DNA of 63,806 nucleotides, the filler included, from Collodictyon triciliatum (Eukaryota): NCBI GenBank assembly GCA_043381765.1. It is 4 parts of 4 records of this genome, joined end to end, with 100 filler letters (N's around TTAATTAATTAA, not from the genome) between each part and the next. Parts side by side here need not be neighbours in the genome. Positions count along the whole stretch, not along the records: positions 48,299 to 58,979 come from JBHJMP010000012.1; positions 59,080 to 63,806 come from JBHJMP010000025.1; 2 more parts are not named here. One strand, written 5' to 3'. This document shows, one piece after another, positions 51,501 through 63,806 of this stretch. The notes beneath the pieces were generated by a model that made no database searches, was not told where the DNA came from, and worked only from the letters and a program-made list of their open reading frames with translations. The translations under genes were made by a program, and so were the position numbers. Every line of letters starts with the position of its first letter. Within the stretch, counting starts at the first letter, position 1.

Positions 51501-54379
51501 CTGGACATAGCTGTCTTGAAGCAGCCAACTCTCCGATTATATGTCCAATCGGATTCTACAGTGCGGAGGGTGACGGATTATGCCATTCCTGCTACCCTGG
51601 CTATACATGCCCCTCAGGGTCTTCAACACCTGCACCTGTAGATAGTATCTGCACAGACGTAAAGAGCCCTCTATAATTACCTTCTCTCTTTTACTCCTTC
51701 GGAATTATAGTTCTATTTTGATACAACAATCAATATTACACGCACCACTAAGCTTCAAAAAGTATCTCCTTGAATGCTTAACTATTTATTCGTTTCCCTT
51801 TTCTTCATCTTCATCTTCATCTTCATCTTCATCTTCATCTTCATCTTCATCTTCATCTTCATCTTCATCTTCATCTTCATCTTCATCTTCATCTTCATCT
51901 TCATCTTCATCTTCATCTTNNNNNNNNNNNNNNNNNNNNNNNNNNNNNNNNNNNNNNNNNNNNNNNNNNNNNNNNNNNNNNNNNNNNNNNNNNNNNNNNN
52001 NNNNNNNNNNNNNNNNNNNCCATTTCTTTTCCATTTCTTTTCCATTTCTTTTCCATTTCTTTTCCATTTCTTTTCCATTTCTTTTCCATTTCTTTTCCAT
52101 TTCTTTTCCATTTCTTTTTACTTATTTCTTAAAAAAGTCAAACATCGTAGGGAAGCTATTGTCCGGACGGCGAGAACAGCTTTCTATGCCCTGCGGGCAC
52201 ATATAGCTCTGGGGCTGGCGGAACATCCATGGAATCGAATTGCAAGACATGCCCAGGTGGACATTATTGTCCTAGAGGAACTGCATCGTCAGCTCTTTCA
52301 GACCAGCTATGCCCAACCGGAGCATACTGCCCCCCTGGAACGCAATCCTCGACACAATTTTTGTGCCCCGCCGGAACTTACAACCAAGATGTTGGCGCTG
52401 ATAGTGATAATTACTGTTTAGAATGCCCTCTTGGTCACTATTGCACTCTTGGAAGTGAAAAACCCCAAGATTGTCCACTAGGATACTTTTGCCCACCAAA
52501 ATCCAATCAAGGAATTTACGCAATATGTCCTGCTGGAACATTTTCTAACACCACACTCCTTTCCTCTATGTCTGAATGCTATGACTGCCCTGAAGGACAC
52601 TATTGCTATGCTGGGACAAATGTCCCGACTTCCTGCCCGTCAGGCTCATTTAGGACTGATAAGAAAGGACAGTCCGAAGCAGATTGTGAGATGTGTCCAC
52701 CAGGTCGCTTTTGCTACAGCGGTTCTATTAGCCCGTCTCCATGTCCTGCGGGATATTACTGCCCACTAGGAACAGCATATCCATATGAATACCCATGCCC
52801 TGCTGGTACATACACCCCAGAAAACGGCACCATTTCCTTGGAAGCTTGCAAAGTATGCCCCTCAGGCCACTCATGCATAATGGGCTCTGGAAGTGAGGAC
52901 AACCCCCCTGAAACTTGCCGCCCTGGATTTTACTGTCCTCCCGGAACGAAATATCCAACACAGTATCCATGCTTACCCGGAACATTCTCGAATCGCCTGG
53001 GGCTTAATCAAAGTTCTGATTGTACTCCTTGTTCAGCCGGCAGCTATTGTCTTGGCGGGAATAGCAGAGAGAGTGGACCATGCGATTTGGGACATTATTG
53101 CCCCGAAGGAACAATATATCCCTACCAATTCAAGTGCCCAGGAGGGACCTTCGGAGCCGTTCAAAATCTCACCAAATCTCAAGACTGTACATCATGCCCA
53201 ACAGGATTCTATTGTCCATCAGGATCCCCAAGTCCAGTGGCATGTCCAGCAGGCACATATAATAGCGCTGTTGGAAAATTTTTTATGACAGATTGTCAAA
53301 CATGCACAGCTGGATATTTCTGCCCGACCAATAGTTCATCACCGCTCATTTGCCCTGTTGGCACTTACTCTCCAAGTGGCGAGCCTGCATGTACGAATTG
53401 CCCTGCTGGATACTATTGCAGCGTGCAAGGAATAACTGCATCGTCGCTTAAAACGAGCCACGAATGCCCAGCTGGTTTTTATTGCCCACCAGGAATGTCA
53501 TCCATTCCGACAGAAAACACCAATAGCTGCACTCGAGGGAATTATTGTCCCAAAGGAACTCCCTATCCATTCCCCTGCAACCCTGGCTCCTTTTCTTCTG
53601 CAAATGGGTTGAAAAGTCAAAGTGATTGTACACTATGCCCAGAGGGTTATTTCTGTGCTGGAGGAGGATTTAACATCACTGGGGATTGCTCACCTGGCTA
53701 TTATTGTCCAAAAGGTTCGAGTGGAAGCAAAGAAAAAGCCTGTCCTGGTGGGTCCTTCAACAGTTTACCGAACAAGAAATCGCAACTCGACTGCCAAGTA
53801 TGCCCAGCGGGTAAATACTGCCCACCAGCCAGTATTGCACCTACAAATTGCCCAGTCGGTTACTACTGTCTATCTAGTGCCACCAATCCAACCCCTTGTC
53901 CAATCGGTACTTTTAACCCTTCATCTAACAGCGTGTCAGCCTCAAATTGTACTTTGTGTACCATCGGACACTTCTGCGATAGCATAGCCTTGTCAGCTCC
54001 ATCTGGACCTTGCAATCCAGGATACATTTGTCCAGAGGGAACCAGGCGCCCGGACCCCCCGAGTTCGTTGTGCCCTGAGGGATTTTACTGCCCAGGAGGA
54101 GATTCGGTCGGTACCAAATGCCCTAAAGGTACATATAGCGCAGTGAAAGGACTGAAGTCTGTGGAACAGTGTACTGCGTGTGACCCGGGATTTTATTGCT
54201 CAACGGAGGGACTGAAAGCCGTGACGGGTGCTTGCAATGCTGGCTTTTTCTGTAATGGAACATCATCAACCCCGACGCAGTATGACACACCCGCAGGTTA
54301 TTTCACACTGAACGGCGCGTCGTCTCCACAACCATGTGAGGTTGGCTACTATAACTCAAAAACTGGACAAAGTACGTGC
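48539..54379 (+). CDS. Large cysteine-rich repeat protein (GCC2/GCC3, ephrin-receptor-like repeats), partial at both ends
   Basis: About 11 exons with dozens of C..CP.G.YCP.G......CP.GT(Y/F) units; the last visible exon (52151-54379) is over 2.2 kb. There is one apparent 1-nt frameshift near 48949. Confidence 0.9.
51800..52115. repeat. (TCTTCA)n and (CCATTTCTTTT)n repeats around a 100-N gap, intronic
   Basis: Tandem repeats visible directly. Confidence 0.95.
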
Positions 54380-55020
54380 NNNNNNNNNNNNNNNNNNNNN
54401 NNNNNNNNNNNNNNNNNNNNNNNNNNNNNNNNNNNNNNNNNNNNNNNNNNNNNNNNNNNNNNNNNNNNNNNNNNNNNNNNNNNNNNNNNNNNNNNNNNNN
54501 NNNNNNNNNNNNNNNNNNNNNNNNNNNNNNNNNNNNNNNNNNNNNNNNNNNNNNNNNNNNNNNNNNNNNNNNNNNNNNNNNNNNNNNNNNNNNNNNNNNN
54601 NNNNNNNNNNNNNNNNNNNNNNNNNNNNNNNNNNNNNNNNNNNNNNNNNNNNNNNNNNNNNNNNNNNNNNNNNNNNNNNNNNNNNNNNNNNNNNNNNNNN
54701 NNNNNNNNNNNNNNNNNNNNNNNNNNNNNNNNNNNNNNNNNNNNNNNNNNNNNNNNNNNNNNNNNNNNNNNNNNNNNNNNNNNNNNNNNNNNNNNNNNNN
54801 NNNNNNNNNNNNNNNNNNNNNNNNNNNNNNNNNNNNNNNNNNNNNNNNNNNNNNNNNNNNNNNNNNNNNNNNNNNNNNNNNNNNNNNNNNNNNNNNNNNN
54901 NNNNNNNNNNNNNNNNNNNNNNNNNNNNNNNNNNNNNNNNNNNNNNNNNNNNNNNNNNNNNNNNNNNNNNNNNNNNNNNNNNNNNNNNNNNNNNNNNNNN
55001 NNNNNNNNNNNNNNNNNNNN

Positions 55021-58000
55021 CACAAAACGCTACTGCACAGAGTTCGTCCACCATAACATCATTGGAAAGGGCGGGTTCGGCGAGGTAGGTCAAGAATTTC
55101 ATTTTTGCAGACATGTCCCTTTGACCACTATTATTATTGCGTGATATTTGTAATAATAACCTCCGGGTGTGTATCGATAGACATGCCAGTTTTCGTTTCT
55201 AGAAATATTTTATAATTGTTCACCTAGTTGAGAGCTTATTTATGTAGAATTTATCTACTATGAAAAGGCTTTGTTGAGTTATCTTTGGTACCTTTGTATT
55301 TTTTTATTTTAATTCAGGTCTACAAAGCTAAAAATCGCGTGGATGGCCGAGAATATGCTATTAAGCAACTGCCCATATCACAAAGCCAGTCCCAGATGAT
55401 ATTTTCCGGTTTGTACATTTTTATATCTCATACACAAAATCCAAGAATAGTTGTATATGCATTTTCATCTCCCTATGTAACTCCATTAAAGCTCGAAGTT
55501 GCACAAGATCATTTGAACCAGTAGCTTTCGCCTCATTATGCTGTTGTTTTCTTCATTGTTAGTGCATTGAGCAATAATAAATTTATAAATAAATAATAAA
55601 AGGCTCTATGTTTCTTCATGCTACCATGATGAAGATTTATTCCGTTCTATTCTCACTACAATAAATCTCCACAGAAATCACATTGTTGAGCCGTCTATCC
55701 CACCGTAATGTTGTACGGTATCACCACGCTTGGGTAGAACAGCTGGACCCGTGTCCTCTCCCTTGCCTCCAATCAATATCTGGAGCTACAACAACAAACA
55801 TAATTAACTCGGCTGACTCGCCCGTGGAGTCCAATGATGATTATGAAGGAGATGATTTTTCTTCAGACACACCAACATCAGAGAACCCGAACAGCAGTCA
55901 GAATACAAGTGAATCGGTAAGTGGAATCAAGAAATGCCCATATGAATGAAGGTGTGACCGAAGCCTCTTTCAGCTTTAAGAGCTGTATATATTTCTCTTG
56001 TATTGCACTATACGCTAAAACGATACATGCTCTTTTCAGGCAAAGTGAGCGCATGGTTAATTGATATATATTTCTCTGTGTTGAAAATAGAGCTACTCTA
56101 GTGAGATAAGCACAAGTGCAGGAGAAACTACGTCGAACGGCCGGAAAAAGGCAGAGAGAGTTTCACCAGGCCCGATGCAATTTGTATTCATCCAGGTATG
56201 ATTACCATATCATATATACAAATTGCACTGCCCAAAAGTATGCTAAGATGGTAACGGATTATGTGTCATCGACCTCCTTCCTAATTGTATCAGATGGAGT
56301 ACTGTCCCAAAACCTTGAGACAATGCTTGGACAAAAATTTGCTCTTATCTTTCACCATCATTCGAAGCATTCACGATGTATGGACAATATTCAACCAAAT
56401 CGTTTCGGGTTTACAGTATCTACATGATCAAGGGGTCATACATAGGGATTTAAAACCAAGGTTGAAGTGTCAGCTTTGAAAAGTTTCATGAAAATATTGC
56501 ATTCATCTTTGTTAGTTACCATGTTAATTGATTTATATTTTAGCTCGAAACAATCATTTCGTCGTCAGTTGTACTGAATTTTTTATTATTAAAAATAGAA
56601 ACATTTTCCTGGATTTCCACAATGAAATAAAAATAGGAGATTTCGGGCTAGCGACATCAAATCGACCGAGAATAAGAACCAATCTTGAGCCGTTGCATAT
56701 TACGTCACAGAAAGTATTCATTTTTTGTTTTGTTTTCTCTTCGATTTGTACCTAACACATTTGTAGTCATCCCACGGGAATTACTTTTTTTTTCCTCTAC
56801 TTTTCTCTCATAGCAGCGCATCTTTCTTAGAGTACTGTGGAGGTCTCACTCACTAAAGACATATTTCAATAAAGGTTACCCAGGCTGAAGAGGACATCGA
56901 GTCAGACGATGAAATCCCTTCCTTTTTCGGGAAGTCCGGAGCCGATTTCCACAGATTATACGATATGAGCCACTTGAATGCTGATGTCGGGACCTTTCTT
57001 TACAGAGCACCTGAAATGAAAGGAAACACTCGGTACACTGAAAAGGTTCTCTTACTTCCCATTTAATTTTATATAATAATATCCATAAGAATTAAAAGCA
57101 ATATCACTCTGGATCATATTTATATTTATTTATGATTCAAAATTGCAAAAACGCGTCAAAATGAATTTTTACTTGTTTGTAGATTTTTTTATGTCATGCA
57201 TACTGACCACTATTGCACTATGACAGGTGGATATTTATTCACTAGGTATCATTCTGTTCGAATTATGGTATACATTCAGTACATCGATGGAAAGGTGCGT
57301 TGTTCTGGAGGACCTTAGACACAAAGGAGTTTTCCCGGCAGATTTTCATCAAAAAGTAGTATTTATAATATTTTTTTTATACTTTTTTATGTTGGTAACA
57401 TACCTTTTCACAAAATTGTAGCTAAAAAATTATAATATTCAACTTACAGCATATGGGTATATACGCTACTATCCATTCGATTGCCTACTTTACTAAAAGT
57501 AATTAGGAAGATGACGTACCTCATATATATTATATCTTAATTGCCAGGTGAGCGCTCTATACCCAGGTGGCGTGGTTCGCAATCCTCCGAGCGACCTTAT
57601 CTCGAAAATGCTTCATGACGACCCTCAATCTCGTCCTTCTGCGCAACAAATACTTGATGAAATCCCAAAGTATAATCGCGGGCGCGGAAGTCGATCCGGG
57701 TTGAACACAATACCCGAAAATACATCGGTCTCATCACCAGCCCACGATGAAGCTCGCTCTCAAATTCGAGAACTCAAGGCACAGGTACTGCCTTTATCTA
57801 CCTGAATAGTATATAATAACGAAAAACGAATTTCAGACAGTTAGATGCAGGAATGCATCTTCATAAAAAAAAGAAAAAAAAAGGAAGAATACATAATAGC
57901 AATCGAAATATTCCTACACATGCCTTTTTCTAATCGCTCTATGAAGCAATATCATATTCATTATTTGTTCAGCGCATATTACCTCAAATTCCCGAAATAA

Positions 58001-58111
58001 ATTCAATTTAATTGCATGCTCATGACATAGCTAAAGGCCAAAGATGATGAAATCGCAGCGCTACGGGAGCAACTCCTTCTTCTTCAAACAAGCAGGGACG
58101 CTGCTGAATGA
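55021..58111 (+). CDS. eIF2-alpha kinase (HRI/GCN2/PEK family) with kinase insert and C-terminal coiled coil, 5' partial
   Basis: [48 protein letters not shown], acidic S/D-rich insert, [70 protein letters not shown]. Tail [25 protein letters not shown] at 58109-58111. Confidence 0.93.
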
Positions 58112-58722
58112 GCCATAATTGAATTATGAATGGTTTTCTGCTCCCAATATTCCAAAGCAACATACATTTTTTTCTTCCATTTCGCCCATTCGTTTGCCTT
58201 ATCCTTTTGTCTATCCTTTTGCACCCTCCCAAGCTACATATTGTATATCGGCTTTATTTTATTTTCTTGAAACCCTACGAATAAAAAATAACAACCAGGA
58301 TACATCCTCAAAAGCTGGCTCGATGGTGCGAATGGGACTTGTATACTTTGATAAGCGCCTCTTTGCTACCCCCCAAACATGTTTCCTTTGATACAAATTA
58401 AAAAAAAAGCGTCCACCTATACCAAATATCAACCGTGTGTTTGTTTCCTTGTTTATTCGTGGCCGTGAAAATTTTTTTTCCCAAGGATCGATCTGATCTA
58501 TACCTCACAATGTGAATAAATAAAGTGATCACACAAATAGACAGGGTTGAGAGGAACAATAGAGAAAAAAAACGAATAAGAAAAAAAGAGTCCTTTGCTG
58601 AGAAATAAGCACACTGAGGCAGAAAAAGGACACATTCTCCAGAAAATAATATTATTACACTGGCGTTCTTTCCTTCTCCCAACACACCACATTCTGAAGC
58701 CGAAAGAAAAAACACGCAAGCG

Positions 58723-58917
58723 ATGGGAAAGGGCGATCCCGAGAAGTACGAGACCGCCTACCAGGAGACCGACGCCTATGAACGCCTACTGATCGACGCA
58801 AACCGAGAAGGCCGACGCAGCCAACCTGGAGAGCGAAAAGGTCACTTGACCGCATCCCTTGCAACACAGGTTATGCACCAAGACACCGACGATCAGGGCG
58901 CCAGCTGCCACTGACCT
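58723..58917 (+). CDS. Possible 5' end of a hypothetical gene (MGKGDPEKYETAYQETDAYERLL...)
   Basis: GC-rich coding-like ORF followed by a GTGAGT donor and then the spacer gap. No family recognised. Confidence 0.3.
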
Positions 58918-58979
58918 GTGAGTACAACAAACTACTAATAAGACGGAGCGAGCTATTTGAAACAAATAATATTAATATT

Positions 58980-59079
58980 NNNNNNNNNNNNNNNNNNNNN
59001 NNNNNNNNNNNNNNNNNNNNNNNTTAATTAATTAANNNNNNNNNNNNNNNNNNNNNNNNNNNNNNNNNNNNNNNNNNNN
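58980..59079. other. Artificial assembly spacer (N44 + TTAATTAATTAA + N44)
   Basis: 12-mer at 59024-59035. Confidence 0.95.
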
Positions 59080-59250
59080 TATTGTGTTTTATTGTGTTTT
59101 ATTGTGTTTTATTGTGTTTTATTGTGTTTTATTGTGTTTTATTGTGTTTTATTGTGTTTTATTGTGTTTTATTGTGTTTTATTGTGTTTTATTGTGTTTT
59201 ATTGTGTTTTATTGTGTTTTATTGTGTTTTATTGTGTTTTATTGTGTTTT
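59080..59250. repeat. (ATTGTGTTTT)n 10-mer repeat
   Basis: Tandem repeat visible directly. Confidence 0.95.
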
Positions 59251-59296
59251 CTGTATTTTTTAATGTTTTGTGCGACTAGGATAATGGAATTTTACA

Positions 59297-60114
59297 CGGC
59301 GCTTCTTCAAGGATTTCGGGTGTTGGTTTTCTTTGCCCTGGAATGATGAAGCAGGTAGAGCCCATCAAATTAGTCACAATACCCATGTTAGTGATGATGA
59401 AAAAATATATTGATTACAGTATCGATTTGAGAATTTGCATTTTGTTTCAATCATTTTATAACAGTAAAAAGGAAGAAAAAATTGGATTTATCAAGTATAA
59501 AATGATTAGCATTTTCATATCCCATAATAATTTTGTTCCAGAAGAGGTAGTGAGTCGAATATCATGCTTTTTTCAAAAGAAATTATATAACATGAATGAA
59601 TTCTGTAAAGTATCATAGAATGGCGATGAACAATAATTTAATATACATTTATATTAATCACAAAATTGAAAGGAAGAATAAAAAAATACATTTATATTAA
59701 TGAAAATAAAAACAAAGACGTTGTTGAATATAGAGTCGTATGACATGCAAAAGAATATCCACAAACAGAAGAGTGGTATGTACAGTGTATCACTTTTCAT
59801 ATATTCATGTATATATTACCAGCTTCTCGACATGATTGCCTGGAAAGAAGCCTTCTGTACTTCCTGAAACACCGTACCACCATCTAGTAGGGCATCGAGT
59901 GATTCGTGAGAAAAGCATTAGATGCGTGTGTATCGTTTCCAATCACGCATGTGTTGCCTTAAGAATGTGTAAAGCGCCATTCAATCATGATTATCAACAG
60001 CGCAGATATGGGAATAAAATTACGGATTTATATGGAAAAATTACCCGCTTTCGTGTTCTTGGATTATGTAAATAGTGTCTCCGGTTCTGTGATTGAGGTA
60101 AAAGTAAGTCTTCC

Positions 60115-60196
<82 letters not shown>

Positions 60197-63100
60197 TTTG
60201 TTTGTTTGTTTATGATTGCATGTAGCTCGATATGTGAAGTAGAACAAAGAATTATACTTGAACTGGATTTCGCCATCAACATCACTGGAAAAGTCATGAA
60301 TAGCCTCCGCCTTGGTGAAAGCATCGAAGTCAAGGCCATCCTCTTCATTCCTGCCAAGCTCCTTGATGATAGCATTCGCTTCAACCTGCAATAAGTAGAT
60401 ACTGAATATAGAAAATGACTATACACATCCTGTTCGAATTTTTATCCATGCATGTCTCATATATGTACTAAATATTTATGTGTTGTGAACATTGAGAGTT
60501 ATCGTATAAAGTGATGAATATTAAATTAATAAATAAAAAGAGAGAGAGAAAAGGCACAATATGATAATTCATCAATACATAATTCATATTTTGTGAATAT
60601 TTATAGAATGGGGTCATATTTTAACATTGAAGGAAAATATGACTGGTAAGAAAAAAAATATAACAGAGATAGCATGATGTATCCTGTAAATTTGTATTTG
60701 TCTTTGTTATCGATTTTGTGTTTATGAGCGATGCAAAAGCCAAAATAACAAAAGGAAAGAAAAAAACAAGGTAATGAACTATCTACACGGAAGAAAAGAA
60801 AAACCTGAGTGAGTTCGCTCTTTCCTTCTTGCAAAAGAGCCTTGTTTGCCCTTTTGAAAGCAGCTGCCCATTCACCAGGTATGCCATGATACTTAAAGAT
60901 TAAAATAATACCAGGTTAGTAGTAATTATCTTTTCATATTCCATCCAGTGAAAGCAAAGTATTTAGGATAATACATGGAGAAATAATGGAAGGATTTTTT
61001 CCATTCTGAAAGACATAACCTTCGAATCGAATAAAGGAAAAAATATGAGAAACACATATTCCGGTATATATTGCAATACACTGGACTAAATAAATTTTAA
61101 GCTTTATTATTTGGAAACCATTCCACCATCGGCTGATAAGTAAAATTTTGTGAATAGTTAAGATGGAGTGGCGATGAGTACCTCGAAAATGCCTGTATCT
61201 TGGTTGAGTCCCATATGCGCATCGTGGTTGAATGTCCCTTCAAGTGGCAGACTAATATTAAGATCGTCTACAACCTCAATATCTTCAAATAATTTAACTG
61301 CGAGCTGCGAGTGCTGTTGAAAGTCGTATATTAGAAAATTTGTAAGCTTGCTGCTTCTGGTCTGTTGCTTGGTTTTGTTTTTTGTTTTTTGTTTTTTGTT
61401 TTTTGTTTTTTGTTTTTTGTTTTTTGTTTTTTGTTTTTTGTTTTTTGTTTTTTGTTTTTTGTTTTTTGTTTTTTGTTTTTTGTTTTTTTTTTTTTGTTTT
61501 TTGTTTTTTGTTTTTTGTTTTTTGTTTTTTGTTTTTTGTTTTTTGTTTTTTGTTTTTTGTTTTTTGTTTTTTGTTTTTTGTTTTTTGTTTTTTGTTTTTT
61601 GTTTTTTGTTTTTTTTTTTNNNNNNNNNNNNNNNNNNNNNNNNNNNNNNNNNNNNNNNNNNNNNNNNNNNNNNNNNNNNNNNNNNNNNNNNNNNNNNNNN
61701 NNNNNNNNNNNNNNNNNNNTTTTGTGTCTTTTGTGTCTTTTGTGTCTTTTGTGTCTTTTGTGTCTTTTGTGTCTTTTGTGTCTTTTGTGTCTTTTGTGTC
61801 TTTTGTGTCTTTTGTGTCTTTTGTGTGTTTTGTGTGTTTTTTGTTGGTTGGTTTGTTGGTTTTTTATGAGAAATATTTTTTAAATTAATATCATTCGGAT
61901 TACAAGGCTTTAATGAATTGTCTGTGAAGATTATATCAAAATATTGAAATTTTTGGAGATATATTTCATAGTAAAATTCGATTAGCATTCCAAAACTAAA
62001 ATATATATATATATATTAAAGCTAAAAATGAAGGTTCAAAGCTAGAAAGAAGCACTTGGGAAATTAAAATGTAGGAACAGAGCACGTTCATTCGAAAACT
62101 CAACATACCGGTTTTTCAGACTGAACACTTCCTCTTAGAGAACTGATAACAGGAGATTGCGGGACGCTGACTCGAGGGGAGAATCCAGAGGCAATCATCG
62201 TGAGTCCTTTCCTTAACAATGAATCGCCTACAATTAAAGAGAGGTATTTTGTGCGTTTAGCACACGAACTCTACCATTATGCGTTGAATTTTGTTGGGCA
62301 TACGACTCAATGGAATTATTCGTTGTCATGTATCCAAATTAGGCGGTTATTTTGCTTCAATGTGAAAATAAACTCAACCAAGTGCGAGTATGACAGTTCC
62401 TTCGCAAACTTTGGTGAAAATTGTGATAAGGATATAGAATTACTGTTTTTCCTCGCTTCCATTTTTCTTATAGAGGAAATCACGGTGGTGGTGCTCAGTC
62501 TGAACACAACTTCGCAATCGATGTGATTTGTGCAGACAGTTACTGTCTCAGGGGTTCGACCTGACTCTATCACTTTGATTTTGTAATTGTTCAGGAGAAT
62601 CAGTTTAGAATCACCACGTGTATTGTGGAAAGATAATTGCGAATAAATTAAAAATAAAAGAGATGCATAAAAAACTATTGATGCAAGTTCCGAAAGGTGA
62701 TTCGGGGGAAACATAACGACCTTGTTTCTCAAAGAATATGAAATGGACAATATGTCAATATTTACACTTTCATACAAACAGATATGCTATACAAATGGAT
62801 TAGGATGGAGAAATAATCGGTAAATTCATACAATCCAGAATCGTCTGGGTGTCCTTGATGGGGTCTGAGAGGCCCTTGCCGTTGGTTATGGATGCTTGCA
62901 AGCCATTTAGCTTGTCAATTGTTGATTGTATTGACAGTGCCTTTAATGAAGTTCGTAATTTGATCATGTGATTATTTTGATGATATTTCATCGCCGTTAC
63001 AGGCTCATCAGAAAAAAAAAGGCCAAAAATATATGCGTGCATAAATGAATATTGTAAACTTTTGTATCACATGTTTTAATCTTATGTAAATGTGAGAATG

Positions 63101-63564
63101 AACCCAGGACCCTTTAATTCAAAGTAAAAGTATTTATGAACACTTAAAAATAAATATGGAAGTAACCCAGCATTTTTTTTCTTTATTCGATTGGAAGTAA
63201 CCCAGCATGAAGTTTAACCAAGATTGATTTAATCAAGAGATAAAAAAAAAACGTCTTGCCTTGTTTTCAACCATGGCAATTGAGTCCCTGTAATGAGCAT
63301 CGACAGAAAGTGTAATCATCTCCTGCTTCTCCTTCAGTAGCCCATATATTGATTGGAAGCCATTTTGAATGTTCTGTAACAAGATAGAATCGACTCTTAA
63401 AAATGGATGGACGGTGCCAGCCTCTGTATAAGAGTGGCGGTGAGAGTTAAAATATCGTCACAGAAATCGCTCCAATTATGTTTTATATGACAAGTACGTC
63501 TAGAGAAGTATTTGAATTCTCTTTCAGCTTTTGCTGTAACATGCGCAGGCTCTCAAGGGATTCC
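59297..63564 (-). CDS. Signalling adaptor-like protein with a BBC-like coiled coil, a CRIB/PBD motif and an SH3 domain (partial)
   Basis: CRIB: LNISLPLEGTFNHDAHMGLNQDTGIFE|YHGIPGEWAAAFKRA (exons near 61313-61182 and 60892-60806). SH3: KAEAIHDFSSDVDGEIQFK|TGDTIYIIQEHESG|WWYGVSGSTEGFFPGNHVEKL (60386-59820). Upstream: SLESLRMLQQKLKENSNTSLD|NIQNGFQSIYGLLKEKQEMITLSVDAHY. Confidence 0.8.
61372..61865. repeat. (GTTTTTT)n and (TTTTGTGTC)n repeats around a 100-N gap, intronic
   Basis: Tandem repeats visible directly. Confidence 0.95.
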
Positions 63565-63689
63565 TGTGATTGAATCTGCGCATCAAAGTTGTGAGTTTTT
63601 TCATCATAACAAGCGAGCATAAAAATTATAAAAAATTATGTAGTGAACAGACAGGAGAAGGTAAAGTGGTTATCAATAATATTACATCG

Positions 63690-63806
63690 ATTTTTATTTT
63701 TATTATTTTATTATTTTATTATTTTATTATTTTATTATTTTATTATTTTATTATTTTATTATTTTATTATTTTATTATTTTATTATTTTATTATTTTATT
63801 ATTTTA
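63690..63806. repeat. (TTTTATTA)n AT-rich repeat
   Basis: Tandem repeat at the window end. Confidence 0.9.

Noticed and set aside
52229..55144. 971-aa ORF in the track joining Cys repeats to a kinase motif
   Set aside because: It reads through 641 N, so the frame match is not evidence. Kept only as a hypothesis in findings.
59836..60394. Plus-strand ORFs with apparent splice sites
   Set aside because: The minus strand encodes a clear SH3 domain here; the plus frames are shadows.

Overview
Eukaryotic genomic DNA in the standard genetic code from a very intron-rich, microsatellite-rich organism. QCR8 implies aerobic mitochondria and SPEF2 implies flagella, so it is most likely a protist. I spliced exons by hand on both strands. 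In order the window holds: a Q/P-rich multi-pass membrane protein, a GATA zinc-finger factor, QCR8, a full-size ABCA transporter (about 67 exons), an ARMH2-like armadillo protein, a DOCK-C/D Rho GEF, a small coiled-coil ORF, a PYG-repeat ciliary inner-protein-like gene head-to-head with the SPEF2 5' exon, a large Cys-rich GCC2/GCC3-type repeat protein, an HRI-like eIF2-alpha kinase, and a coiled-coil/CRIB/SH3 gene. Three gaps contain an artificial TTAATTAATTAA spacer, so adjacency across them is unreliable. The most notable points are the ARMH2-like gene (possible CatSper link), the CRIB+SH3 architecture, a possible Cys-rich ectodomain/eIF2-alpha kinase fusion across a sized gap, a dual-frame first exon in the GATA gene, and degenerate splice signals with several GC-AG introns. 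Family assignments come from motif recognition, not database searches. No RNA genes, CRISPR arrays or clear transposons were seen.
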